Assembly (NCBI GenBank): GCA_963729895.1
Contig: CAVSQB010000025.1
Coordinates: 1 to 64,000, forward strand
Length of the DNA stretch: 64,000 nucleotides
Source of the DNA: an uncultured Fibrobacterota bacterium
GTDB taxonomy: Bacteria; Fibrobacterota; Chitinivibrionia; Chitinivibrionales; FEN-1185
Reading direction: 5' to 3'
The first letter of the stretch is position 1. Each line of letters begins with the position of its first letter. Of the stretch, positions 54,350 to 63,831 are shown piece after piece. The position numbers and the translations under genes were made by a program. The notes beneath the pieces were generated by a model, which saw only the letters and a list, made by a program, of their open reading frames with translations, was not told the DNA's origin and searched no databases.

Positions 54350-55672
54350 TTATCTGTAGATAGCGACCTTGTCCTGGACTGTTCTTCCTGCCGAGGTCAC
54401 ACGGAGCAGGTAGGTGCCGTTCGTGACGAAGCGGCCGAAGGAGTCTTTGTAGTTCCAGAACGAACCTTCAGCGCCGGAAAGATGACAGATGAGCTTTCCG
54501 TTTGGACTATAGATATCGGTGGCGAGGTTGCCGAACGCATTGGCTTTAATAAAGATACCATCTTTGTTGCGGATGAGGCTAAGGCCGGATGCAGAAGCTT
54601 TTTGCACCAAAGAAGCTGGATTGATTGCTGTTGGGCCAGATGTGCCATAGACCTCAAACTCAAATATTGAAATTCCCCAGATATCTCCTGCCGGGGGTGG
54701 AAGTCTTTTGTACGAATGCATTCGAACATATTGTGTTACTGTTGGTGGTACGGCAAATGAAGTTTGACAAAAATCCGGAGGTTTGCTATACGTCAAGTTT
54801 GTGTCTCTTAGAAGAAATGTCCAATCTGAATCAGGTGCTGTCGGTGTTCCAGGTTTTGTCCATGCCTGAAGCACATAATTGCCCGAAGCAGAATGCTCCC
54901 AATAAATCGCAATATACTTTACCGTATACTTTGCTCCCAAATCAACATAAATCCAATCGTTTCCCTTGAGTGAATCGGGCCTGCCATCGCCATAGTTGTT
55001 TTCCCATCTTGAACTAAAATCTAGAGCGCCGTTCAAAAACATAATTCCATCAACCGCTAAGCTGCATGCAGCATCAGAAGAACTTGCAACAGCTGTTTTA
55101 TGCAGCGCAAGGTTTGTTCCCAATGTGTTGAATACTCTCATTTCCCACATTGAGAACCCCCACTGGAAATTTCTCTTCATGCAGCGAACTTTGAGATATC
55201 TGGCACTTATTGGCGTGGCAAATTTGATTCTTCTATGCAGGGGTGTATGGCCATCGTCCGGCCAAGGATACACTTCCCCCGTAATCGTCGTATCTGTTGT
55301 CCAACCCGAATCGTTGGTTGTAGGGACTTCGGTATGTTGAATTTTGTAATTTAATGCAGCAGAATGTTCCCAAAGCAAATCGACGGAGTCAAAGGTCGCG
55401 ACATATCCAAAATCAATGTAGAACCACGCAGAGTCACGCAGGACCGTATCGGCCCCGGAGTATTGTGCATAATTGCTGCCCCACTTGGTTGACGTATCGC
55501 CGTCGACAATATTACTGCCTAACATGCTGGCATTTTCATTGCTAGAGGTTACCACCGTCTTATTCAGTGCCAAATCCGAATCCTGCGCCCTCGCCCCAAA
55601 CCCCCACGCCGCCACACAAACACCTACTAACGCCGCAACCGCAGTTTTTCTGTTCATCCGGGGCTTAATCAT
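54350..55672 (-). CDS. Secreted protein with two discoidin (CBM32-like) domains and T9SS-type CTD
   Basis: Signal peptide ending GARA; 2x LAL.K....SS...VDG...W...W.Y.D.G...WEHSA; C-terminal IYSPNGKLI...WN...NGTYLLRV. Confidence 0.85.
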   Translation of the reverse strand: MIKPRMNRKTAVAALVGVCVAAWGFGARAQDSDLALNKTVVTSSNENASMLGSNIVDGDTSTKWGSNYAQYSGADTVLRDSAWFYIDFGYVATFDSVDLLWEHSAALNYKIQHTEVPTTNDSGWTTDTTITGEVYPWPDDGHTPLHRRIKFATPISARYLKVRCMKRNFQWGFSMWEMRVFNTLGTNLALHKTAVASSSDAACSLAVDGIMFLNGALDFSSRWENNYGDGRPDSLKGNDWIYVDLGAKYTVKYIAIYWEHSASGNYVLQAWTKPGTPTAPDSDWTFLLRDTNLTYSKPPDFCQTSFAVPPTVTQYVRMHSYKRLPPPAGDIWGISIFEFEVYGTSGPTAINPASLVQKASASGLSLIRNKDGIFIKANAFGNLATDIYSPNGKLICHLSGAEGSFWNYKDSFGRFVTNGTYLLRVTSAGRTVQDKVAIYR

Positions 55673-56182
55673 TTTCACGGTTTTCCTTTCTGAAAAAGCT
55701 CCCAATAATTTGACTAGAAGAAATGTTGATCGAAATCGTATTGACCGATAATTATATCAAACAGAATGCCAAAATTCAACATAATATTGAAAATTGCGTG
55801 GTGCCCGCAGCACAGTATTTTGGATTTGAGAAGGGATAGAAATCAAGCGGAGCTTTGCAAAAAATATTGCAGAAACGTCCCCGTTTACCGCCCCCTCCCA
55901 ACACCCGGTTACCCATGCGCGCGCAGCCATAATATAAATATTTTTTCATGTTTGTGAAGGGAAAATCTAAGCGTCAATGGGTCATCATTGGTTTCTTGGC
56001 AGGGACAATCCACCTTAAACTAAAGAGGAATATAGAATCACAAAATATGGATTGTTGAGCGGGTGCAGCCGGGCACCACTCTCTGCAAGCCCGAACCTTC
56101 AGCTGGGCGCACCCATGTAGCACCCGGTGATGCTCAACGTAAAAAGTAACTGGAAGCCTTGGGATGGACACATGTCTGAAAG

Positions 56183-56216
56183 AAGCCTCCCCTTCCAAAG
56201 GGGAGGTTTGGAGGGG
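56183..56216 (+). repeat. REP-like palindrome (CCTCCCCTT...AAGGGGAGG family)
   Basis: AAGCCTCCCCTTCCAAAGGGGAGGTTTGGAGGGG. Confidence 0.55.
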
Positions 56217-56359
56217 TTGCCACTAGAAGCATTTTCCCTGCGGGATCTAAAGGGCAGAGCCCTTTCCATATCCTCATCCTCATGTTTATTCCAGAATTCC
56301 AGAAAGTGGGCTAATCCCGTTTCGGCCGGGAACAGTAAATGACGTAACCCCTCGATAGT

Positions 56360-56914
56360 TCACTCCCTAACGTCAATCAAATACAGCGACATTGCTTTCA
56401 GCACAACGGGCCTGATCCTCGAAAGCCCAGCCCCCGAAACCGCGGCCGAAACCGCCTCCGGACTCAACCGGTGACCAAGCGGCGGGCCCAGTTCCTCCTG
56501 CCGGTACGGCCATTCGAGTACTGCGATCCGTGTGCGGGCAATGCGGCTGCATTCCTTGAGCGCGATTGCCGGGTTGTCAACCTCGTGCAGCAGATGGGCC
56601 AAAAACACGAGATCGAACGATTTGTTTGCAAAGGGGAGATGTTCGGCTGTTGCCGCGGCAACAGCCGCGTCAGGGACAAAGCCGCGCAGTGCGCCAAGCA
56701 TGCGCGGATTGAGATCCATGCCCGCGCAAGACAGTCCGCGCGCCCTGAATGCCTGAAAGAATATCCCGCTGCCGCACCCGACATCAAGGACTGAAGCCGG
56801 GTTCGCCCCATCCAGGCAGGAGTCAACCACGCGCGGAACTTCCAGCGCCGCCAGCCGTTCCGGACGCCGCAGGAGTTCGATGTCACCGACAAAGGTTCGT
56901 TCGTTGGTGTGCAT
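56360..56914 (-). CDS. Class I SAM-dependent methyltransferase
   Basis: VLDVGCGSG motif I, AEHLPF...SFDLV, LLHEV. Confidence 0.9.
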   Translation of the reverse strand: MHTNERTFVGDIELLRRPERLAALEVPRVVDSCLDGANPASVLDVGCGSGIFFQAFRARGLSCAGMDLNPRMLGALRGFVPDAAVAAATAEHLPFANKSFDLVFLAHLLHEVDNPAIALKECSRIARTRIAVLEWPYRQEELGPPLGHRLSPEAVSAAVSGAGLSRIRPVVLKAMSLYLIDVRE

Positions 56915-56946
56915 CGGTTTTGCTTCCTAATCCCCTGAAGGCAACT

Positions 56947-56976
56947 GGAAGTACCCGAAGGGGTAAACTTCTCCCC
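56947..56976 (-). repeat. 30-bp dispersed palindromic repeat, copy 3
   Basis: GGAAGTACCCGAAGGGGTAAACTTCTCCCC. Confidence 0.85.
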
Positions 56977-56993
56977 TCCAAAATGCATTGTAC

Positions 56994-58313
56994 TTATTTC
57001 ATTCTTCTGTCAATCGGCACAAACTCTCTTCGCCTCGGGCCGATGTAAATCTGGCGAGGACGCCATATCTTGCCCTTGTCGTTTTCCATGGTTTCTTTCC
57101 AGTGCGCGATCCAGCCCGGGAGCCGGCCGATGGTGAACATGACGGTGAGCATGTTGGTGGGGATGCCTATTGCCCGGTAGATAATGCCGGAGTAGAAATC
57201 CACATTCGGATAAAGCCGCCGCTCCACGAAATATTCGTCCTTGAGCGCGGCATCCTCGAGTTCCATGGCAAGATCGAGTAAAGGGTCCACCACGTTGAGC
57301 CTGGGGAGAAGGTCGTGGCATATTTTCTTGACGAGCCGGGCCCGGGGGTCGTAGTTCTTGTATACGGCATGGCCGAACCCCATGAGCTTGAATTTGTCAC
57401 TCTTGCTTTTCGCTTTCTCCAGGTACTTCTTGACGTTCTTCCGGTCCTTGCGTATTGCGTCAAGCATTTCGATGACGGCCTGGTTTGCGCCGCCGTGAAA
57501 CGGGCCCCACAGGGCCGAAATTCCCGCGGAGATCGCGGCGTACAGGTTGACGCCCGTGCTTGCAACGAGTTTGACGGCCGACGTCGAACAGTTCTGTTCG
57601 TGATCGGCGTGGAGAATGAACAACTGGTTGAGCACCTTGACAATATCGGGATTCAGCTCGTATTCTGCGACCGGCGAGGAGAACATCATGTTGAGGAAAT
57701 TTGCGCAGTACGAGAGGTCGTGGCGCGGATACACCACGGGCTCGCCGCGCGACTTCTTGTACGAAAACGCGGCAATGGTTCTAACCTTGGAAAGCAGGCG
57801 CGCCTCGGTGATGTCGAAGCTCGGATCGTCGTATCCAAGGTAGGGGTAAAAGCTCGACAGCGACGTTACCATCGCGGACAATATGGCCATGGGATGCGAG
57901 TTCGGCGGGAACCCGGTAAAGAAATGGTGCATGTCCTCATGGATCATGGAATGCTGATTAAGGTAGCCCGAAAACTTCTTGAGTTCGGACGCCGTGGGCA
58001 GCTTGCCCTGCACGAGCAGGTACGCGACTTCCACGAAGGTGCAATTCTCCACCAGGTCTTCTATGTCGTATCCGCGGTACCGCAGAATGCCGTTCTCGCC
58101 GTCGACAAAGGTGATGTTTGACAGCGTGGATGACGTATTGGCGAACCCGTTATCGAACGTAAGGAACCCGCTCCCGGAGCGGAGCCCGGTGATGTCGATT
58201 CCTTTTTGGCCCTCGGTTCCCTCGATGACCGGAAGCTCGATGCGCTTTCCGTCAACGACGAATGCGGCCTTTCTTGTGGACACGGGCGCAGGATGGGGCG
58301 CATGCTTTTTCAT
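56994..58313 (-). CDS. gltA: Citrate synthase
   Basis: GILRYRGY, HADHEQNCST, LWGPFHGGAN, LMGFGHAVYKNYDPR, YPNVDFYSG, RPRQIY. Confidence 0.97.
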   Translation of the reverse strand: MKKHAPHPAPVSTRKAAFVVDGKRIELPVIEGTEGQKGIDITGLRSGSGFLTFDNGFANTSSTLSNITFVDGENGILRYRGYDIEDLVENCTFVEVAYLLVQGKLPTASELKKFSGYLNQHSMIHEDMHHFFTGFPPNSHPMAILSAMVTSLSSFYPYLGYDDPSFDITEARLLSKVRTIAAFSYKKSRGEPVVYPRHDLSYCANFLNMMFSSPVAEYELNPDIVKVLNQLFILHADHEQNCSTSAVKLVASTGVNLYAAISAGISALWGPFHGGANQAVIEMLDAIRKDRKNVKKYLEKAKSKSDKFKLMGFGHAVYKNYDPRARLVKKICHDLLPRLNVVDPLLDLAMELEDAALKDEYFVERRLYPNVDFYSGIIYRAIGIPTNMLTVMFTIGRLPGWIAHWKETMENDKGKIWRPRQIYIGPRRREFVPIDRRMK

Positions 58314-58500
58314 GGAAGAAGAATCCTTTGCGAAAATGGAAAAGGAATCCTTTGCACCTACCTAAAAAATATATCTTGTAGGGCGGTCGAAGCACAGAGG
58401 ATAATGATGAAATCAACTGTTCCGCATGTCAATGGCCGGCACCGGCTTCGCAAATGAACGCAGGCGAACATGTATTTTATGAAGGCACTCTTCACCAAGG

Positions 58501-59268
58501 ATGACGCATATGGACGATCCGGAAAAACCCGGTAACGCGGATCGGAAAAAGACCGCACTTGTTACCGGCGGAAGCAGGGGAATCGGCAGGGCCATTTCCG
58601 AGCGGCTTGCGGCGGACGGATATCATGTTGTCATCAACTTCCGCTCAAACACCAAAGAAGCGGAAGAGACGCTGGGCCGCATCCAAAACGCGGGCGGGAC
58701 GGGCGAGCTGTGCCGATTCGACGTGTCTGATAGGAGTGACGTAAATAAGGCTATGACCGATGCGCTCATTCGCCACCCCGCGGTGGACGCGCTCGTGCTG
58801 TGCGCGGGCATCCGCCACGACGAACTCCTCGTCTTCATGACGGAAGAGCATTGGGACGCTGTGCTCGCAACCGATCTGCTGAGTTTTCACGCCGTGGTGA
58901 AACCCGTGGTAAAGCAGATGATACTCAACAGGCAGGGCCGCATCATCGTGATTTCGTCTACGTCGGGCGAAAGCGGGCTGCCGGGCCAGGTCAACTACTC
59001 CGCCGCAAAGGCGGGACTCATCGGCGCGGTAAAGGCGCTTGCGCTCGAGTGCGCCAAACGGAACGTGCTTGTCAATGCCGTAACGCCCGGATTCATTCAA
59101 ACCGACATGACCGAGGCGCTCGCAGCCAAGGAACTGGCCCGGAGGATTCCAATGGCGCGGGTCGGGAAACCTGAGGAGGTCGCGTCGGTAGTGTCGTTTC
59201 TGGCATCGAAGGACGCGAGCTATATCACCGGTCAGGTGATTGGGGTCAACGGCGGAATTTACATGTAA
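58501..59268 (+). CDS. fabG: 3-oxoacyl-ACP reductase (SDR)
   Basis: VTGGSRGIG, GQVNYSAAKAG, VTPGFIQTDMT, YITGQVIGVNGG. Confidence 0.9.
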   Translation: MTHMDDPEKPGNADRKKTALVTGGSRGIGRAISERLAADGYHVVINFRSNTKEAEETLGRIQNAGGTGELCRFDVSDRSDVNKAMTDALIRHPAVDALVLCAGIRHDELLVFMTEEHWDAVLATDLLSFHAVVKPVVKQMILNRQGRIIVISSTSGESGLPGQVNYSAAKAGLIGAVKALALECAKRNVLVNAVTPGFIQTDMTEALAAKELARRIPMARVGKPEEVASVVSFLASKDASYITGQVIGVNGGIYM

Positions 59269-59295
59269 TCCGGCGCGCTCAAGAAACAACAACAC

Positions 59296-61491
59296 ATGCT
59301 TGATATATCTAAACACTCTATTCCCAACACAAGGGCGCTCGTTGCGTTGTTGGTTCTTGCTGCCGGCGCGGCATTCCATGCCGTTTCCGCAATCGACACC
59401 GTCGGCACGGGTGGTCTTGTCAAAGGGCAATGCCGTCAGGCCCTCGATGCGCTGGGCCGGGATTCGGCTGTAACCGATTCGATGTTCTGGCGCCTCAAAC
59501 GGGGGATAGCGTATTTCGACTGCCTGGATTACGGGCGGGCGGTGGAACAACTGAGAACATGCGCGGCCGATTCGTCTTTGCTGCGGGGAATCGCGCTCGA
59601 CCTCATCGGCGACATTGAGACCGCGCGGGCCAGGCCGTCCGATGCGGCAACGGCGTATCTGTCGGCCCAGCGGGACTCGCTGCCCTCGGCGGTGCTGCAG
59701 GACATCACGGAGAAGATGTACGGCCTTGTCAAGGCGCATCCGGAACTCTCCGCTTCGTTTCCCGAGCTTGCCGCGCTTGCCGCCGAAAAGAAATTCCTCC
59801 TCGAGCAGGCCGTGGACACTACCGGGCCCCGTATCGACTCTCTCATGAAGGCGGGGCTGTGGAAGGCGGCGGACAGCGCGCTTGCAAAGGAGATGGACAC
59901 AACAGCCTCAAAAAAGAATTGCAGGCTCATCGACCTTGTTGCCGGGGACAAGCCGCCCGACTCCGTGTTTTCAACCGCGCTCCTGTTCAGGCTGTCGCAT
60001 TCGGCGTATGCGTGCAAGGAATATACGCTGGCCGATTCCTTCCTTGGCCGGGCCGAGACGCGAACGGATTTCGCACGAACGGTCGCAAAGAAAGACTACA
60101 CGTTTCTCAAAGGGTTTGTAAGCTTCTCCCTCGGCCGGTACGGCCTCGCCTTTAAGAACCTGCTGGATTTCCAGAAGAAATACGGGCCCGCTCCGGACGT
60201 CGTGCTTGCTCTCGCCAGGTCGAACCGCTTCCTTGCAAACGATTCGGCCGCCCAGCGCTGGTACAACCGGTTTGTAAAGCTATACCCGAAGCACCCAAGC
60301 GCGCCCGACGTGTTCTGGCACCTTGCCTGGAAAGAAGAAGAAGACGAGCATTTCGAAAAGGCCGTGGGGCTGTACCAGAAACTGTACGCGCTCAAGAAAA
60401 ATTCCTCCCGGGCGGATGAGGCCTACTTCCGCAAGGGACTCTGCTGGTACAAGGCAGGCAGGTATGCGCGGGCGTGCTCCTCATTTGTGGCGTTTGCAAA
60501 GGTGTTCTCCGACGCCCCCCTTGCGGCCGGAGCTCTTTACTGGAAGGGGAAAAGCCTTCTTGCCCTTGGAAAGACCAGGGAGGCGGCGGAAGCATTTGCC
60601 GCAGTGGTGCGAACCACGCCGACCGATTTTTATGCATTCAGGGCCCGGGAGGCGCTCACGCTGTCGGCGGACACGGCTTGTTTTCCCGCGATTGACACTA
60701 CGTTTGACGCTGCGGCCACGCGTGCGTGGATCGATTCGGTGTCGCCGTTGCCGCGGCAGGCGATCTCCAAAGCGGACAGCCTTTCGTTTGTGCGGGGCAG
60801 CATGCTCGCCCTGTGCGGCCTCACAAGCCGGGCGAGCAGGTTTCTTGACGGATTGGAAACCCGCTATGCATCGAACCTCGGCCTGCAGTTCGACGTGGCG
60901 TCGATATACAAAGACGGAAACAATCCCACGCTGTCGTTTCGCGTGGGCCGCAGGCTGTCGTGGCGGATCCCGGCCGCGTGTCGCGCGGTGATGCCGCTTC
61001 CGCTGTTCGAAATTCTCTTCCCGACTCCTTTTCCGGATCTTGTTGCGGGCGAAGGGAGCAAAAACGGCGTTGATCCCTACCTGGTGCTCGCGGTGATGCG
61101 CCAGGAAAGCGTGTTCGACGCGGATGCGCTGTCCCGCTCGGGCGCCATCGGTCTCATGCAGATCATGCCGTTTACCGGCAGGGCCGTTGCGCAGAAACTC
61201 GGTGAACCCTTCAGCGCCGATTCTCTCCTCAACCCGCAAACCAACATCAGGTACGGTTCCTTTTACATACGGCAATTACTCGACCAGTTCAAGGGGAACA
61301 TGGTGCTTGCGCTGGCAAGCTACAACGGCGGTCCGCCCAGGGCGTCGGAATGGTACGCAAAAAACAAACGCGAAACATTCGATCTTTTTGTCGAGGATAT
61401 CGGGTACACCGAAACGCGCGGGTACGTGAAAAAGGTCCTGGCAAACTACTGGACCTACCGCCTGTTTTCGGCGCGGCGGCCTCTTAATTGA
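59296..61491 (+). CDS. TPR-containing soluble lytic murein transglycosylase (Slt70-like)
   Basis: TPR helices; AVMRQESVF, GAIGLMQIMP, ASYNGG, ETRGYVKKV. Confidence 0.92.
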   Translation: MLDISKHSIPNTRALVALLVLAAGAAFHAVSAIDTVGTGGLVKGQCRQALDALGRDSAVTDSMFWRLKRGIAYFDCLDYGRAVEQLRTCAADSSLLRGIALDLIGDIETARARPSDAATAYLSAQRDSLPSAVLQDITEKMYGLVKAHPELSASFPELAALAAEKKFLLEQAVDTTGPRIDSLMKAGLWKAADSALAKEMDTTASKKNCRLIDLVAGDKPPDSVFSTALLFRLSHSAYACKEYTLADSFLGRAETRTDFARTVAKKDYTFLKGFVSFSLGRYGLAFKNLLDFQKKYGPAPDVVLALARSNRFLANDSAAQRWYNRFVKLYPKHPSAPDVFWHLAWKEEEDEHFEKAVGLYQKLYALKKNSSRADEAYFRKGLCWYKAGRYARACSSFVAFAKVFSDAPLAAGALYWKGKSLLALGKTREAAEAFAAVVRTTPTDFYAFRAREALTLSADTACFPAIDTTFDAAATRAWIDSVSPLPRQAISKADSLSFVRGSMLALCGLTSRASRFLDGLETRYASNLGLQFDVASIYKDGNNPTLSFRVGRRLSWRIPAACRAVMPLPLFEILFPTPFPDLVAGEGSKNGVDPYLVLAVMRQESVFDADALSRSGAIGLMQIMPFTGRAVAQKLGEPFSADSLLNPQTNIRYGSFYIRQLLDQFKGNMVLALASYNGGPPRASEWYAKNKRETFDLFVEDIGYTETRGYVKKVLANYWTYRLFSARRPLN

Positions 61492-61627
61492 CGGCTGACT
61501 GCGGGTACGACATGATGCAGAAAATTAAAACGGCTCTCCGGGAAGCGACCGATTTGCACATTTCCTTGCTTTCCATCGCCCGATATTGTTTTTTTTAAGC
61601 TATTCAATTCCACAACAAGGAGCGTCT

Positions 61628-62599
61628 ATGAAAATGCACCTGATCGCCCTTTCGCTTTCGCTGGCTGCCGCATCGATTGGCGCCGGCCAGAAGCACGAGA
61701 CAAAAATCGATTCCATGTCTTATGAAACCGGCGCTGAATGGAAAATATACCAGACAGGCGGCGCGGTGCGGGCGTTTGCGCTGAACGGCGGCGTGATTTG
61801 GTCCATAACCGAGGCCGGCGTTACGTCTCTTAATACCGCCACCGGGAAGAAAAACGACATGCAGACCTACAAAGACCTGGGCGGTATTCCGTGCGCCGAC
61901 GCCACCTGCATCGCCGTCGATAATGGAGGAATCGTCTGGATCGGCACCAAGGTCGGGCTTGTCATGAAGACCAAGGATTCATTCAAGGTGTTCAAGAAAG
62001 AAAACGGCCTTTCGGACAACACCGTCAACAAAATCCTTCCTGTAAAGGGTGGCAAACTGTGGGTCGCAACGGATAACGGCGTGTCGCTGTACCAGGGCGG
62101 CGCCTGGACCGTGTATGGAACCAAGGACGGTCTTGCCGGCGACAAGGTCCGCGACATCGTTGTGGGACCCAACGGCGCCGTCTGGTTCGGCACCAACAAG
62201 GGGATTTCCGCTTACGACGGGACAGCCTGGAACAACCATACCATGAAAAACGGCCTGAGCTGGAACGACACAAAGGCGCTTGCCTACGACGGCCGGGCAA
62301 ACGTCATCTGGGCGGCGGTCGGCGACAAGGACATGAATTCCTATGATGGAAAATCGTGGAAAGTGTTCATGGAAGTGGCAGAGGGCGTTATCGCCATCAT
62401 GGCCGACACCCAAAGCAGGATTTGGATCGCCACGGCCACCGGGCTGATGAAGTTCAACGGAGAGGAATGGATTTCCGACCCGCAGAAGATCGGCATTACC
62501 GCTGCCCAGGTGACCCAGATGGCCCGCGACGAAAAAGGCAATTTGTGGTTCGGCATGGAATCCGGAGTGCTCAAACTGGATAATCCCTATCCTTATTGA
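61628..62599 (+). CDS. Secreted beta-propeller protein (two-component-regulator propeller repeats)
   Basis: Signal peptide; repeated (V/L)W(I/V/F)(G/A)TxxG and GLSDNTV/GLAGDKV blades; AGGAG RBS. Confidence 0.85.
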   Translation: MKMHLIALSLSLAAASIGAGQKHETKIDSMSYETGAEWKIYQTGGAVRAFALNGGVIWSITEAGVTSLNTATGKKNDMQTYKDLGGIPCADATCIAVDNGGIVWIGTKVGLVMKTKDSFKVFKKENGLSDNTVNKILPVKGGKLWVATDNGVSLYQGGAWTVYGTKDGLAGDKVRDIVVGPNGAVWFGTNKGISAYDGTAWNNHTMKNGLSWNDTKALAYDGRANVIWAAVGDKDMNSYDGKSWKVFMEVAEGVIAIMADTQSRIWIATATGLMKFNGEEWISDPQKIGITAAQVTQMARDEKGNLWFGMESGVLKLDNPYPY

Positions 62600-62665
62600 G
62601 GTGGGCCCGCCTGACAACCGAGGTGATGATTACATGTATATTCACTACCGGGAGGTATCTTGCAC

Positions 62666-63769
62666 ATGGAGAAGATAAGGATAGGCGTGATAGGCGTGGG
62701 CAATTGCGCCAGCTCCCTCCTCCAGGGCATCCGTTACTACGGCGGCAGCGGCGGTGCAGACGCCACCGGCCTCATGCACTGGAACATCGGCGGGTACAGG
62801 CCGTTCGATATCGAAGTCGCGTCAGCCTTCGACATTGACAAAAGAAAAGTGGGTAAGGACGTCAATGCAGCCATCTTCGAACGTCCCAATTGCACCACAG
62901 TGTTCTGCCCGGACATGCCCAAGGCCGGCGTGACGGTGACGATGGGACGGATCCTCGACGGCGTTGCCGACCACATGAAGAATTTTGAAGCCGACTACAC
63001 GTTTGTCCCCAGCAGCGAAAAAGAATCGGACGCCCCTGCCATTGTCTCCATCCTCAGGGAAACGCACACCGAAATGCTGCTCAACTACCTGCCCGTTGGT
63101 TCCGAAGAGGCAACCCGGTTCTACGCCGAATGCGCGCTGGAGGCCGGAGTCGCCTTTATCAACAACATGCCGGTGTTCATCGCAAGCAGCCCCTCTTGGG
63201 CACAACGGTTTGCAGAGAAGAATATCCCGCTCATCGGCGACGACATCAAGGCTCAGCTCGGCGCCACCATCACCCACCGCACGCTTACCGACCTGTTCCG
63301 CAAGCGCGGGGTGAAGCTCGAACGCACCTATCAGCTCAACACGGGCGGCAACACCGATTTTCTCAACATGCTCAACCGTTCGCGCCTCGCCTCGAAAAAG
63401 GAGTCCAAGACCGAGGCGGTGCAGTCGGTCGCCGCCAAACGCCTTGCCAAAAGAGATATCCACATCGGGCCGAGCGACTACGTTCCGTGGCAGGACGACC
63501 AGAAGGTGTGCTTCATCCGCATGGAGGGGAAGCTGTTCGGCGATGTGCCCATGAACCTCGAAATGCGCCTGAGTGTCGAAGACTCGCCGAATTCGGCGGG
63601 CGTAGCCATCGATTCCATCCGCTGCTGCAAGCTGGCGCTCAACCGCGGCGCGGGCGGCGCGCTGTGTTCACCGTCCGCGTATTTCTGCAAGCATCCGCCC
63701 ACCCAGTTTCCCGACGACGAAGCCTACAGGATGACGGAAGAGTTTATTGAGGGGAAGAGGAATTCGTAA
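62666..63769 (+). CDS. ino1: Inositol-3-phosphate synthase
   Basis: GVGNCASSL, YLPVGSE, GDDIKAQLGATI, YQLNTGGNTDF, HIGPSDYV, DSPNSAG. Confidence 0.96.
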   Translation: MEKIRIGVIGVGNCASSLLQGIRYYGGSGGADATGLMHWNIGGYRPFDIEVASAFDIDKRKVGKDVNAAIFERPNCTTVFCPDMPKAGVTVTMGRILDGVADHMKNFEADYTFVPSSEKESDAPAIVSILRETHTEMLLNYLPVGSEEATRFYAECALEAGVAFINNMPVFIASSPSWAQRFAEKNIPLIGDDIKAQLGATITHRTLTDLFRKRGVKLERTYQLNTGGNTDFLNMLNRSRLASKKESKTEAVQSVAAKRLAKRDIHIGPSDYVPWQDDQKVCFIRMEGKLFGDVPMNLEMRLSVEDSPNSAGVAIDSIRCCKLALNRGAGGALCSPSAYFCKHPPTQFPDDEAYRMTEEFIEGKRNS

Positions 63770-63831
63770 TTTGATTTTTGATGGGGGAACGCCCTAGTAC
63801 GTATTCTCCTCACGCAACATGTGAAGGTTTT

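Noticed and set aside
56054..56138. Integron attC site (GTTRRRY and RYYYAAC both present)
   Set aside because: The boxes are in the reverse order to attC, and there is no integrase or cassette array.
33561..56976. CRISPR array from the 30-bp repeat
   Set aside because: Copies are 7-16 kb apart with no regular spacers and no cas genes.
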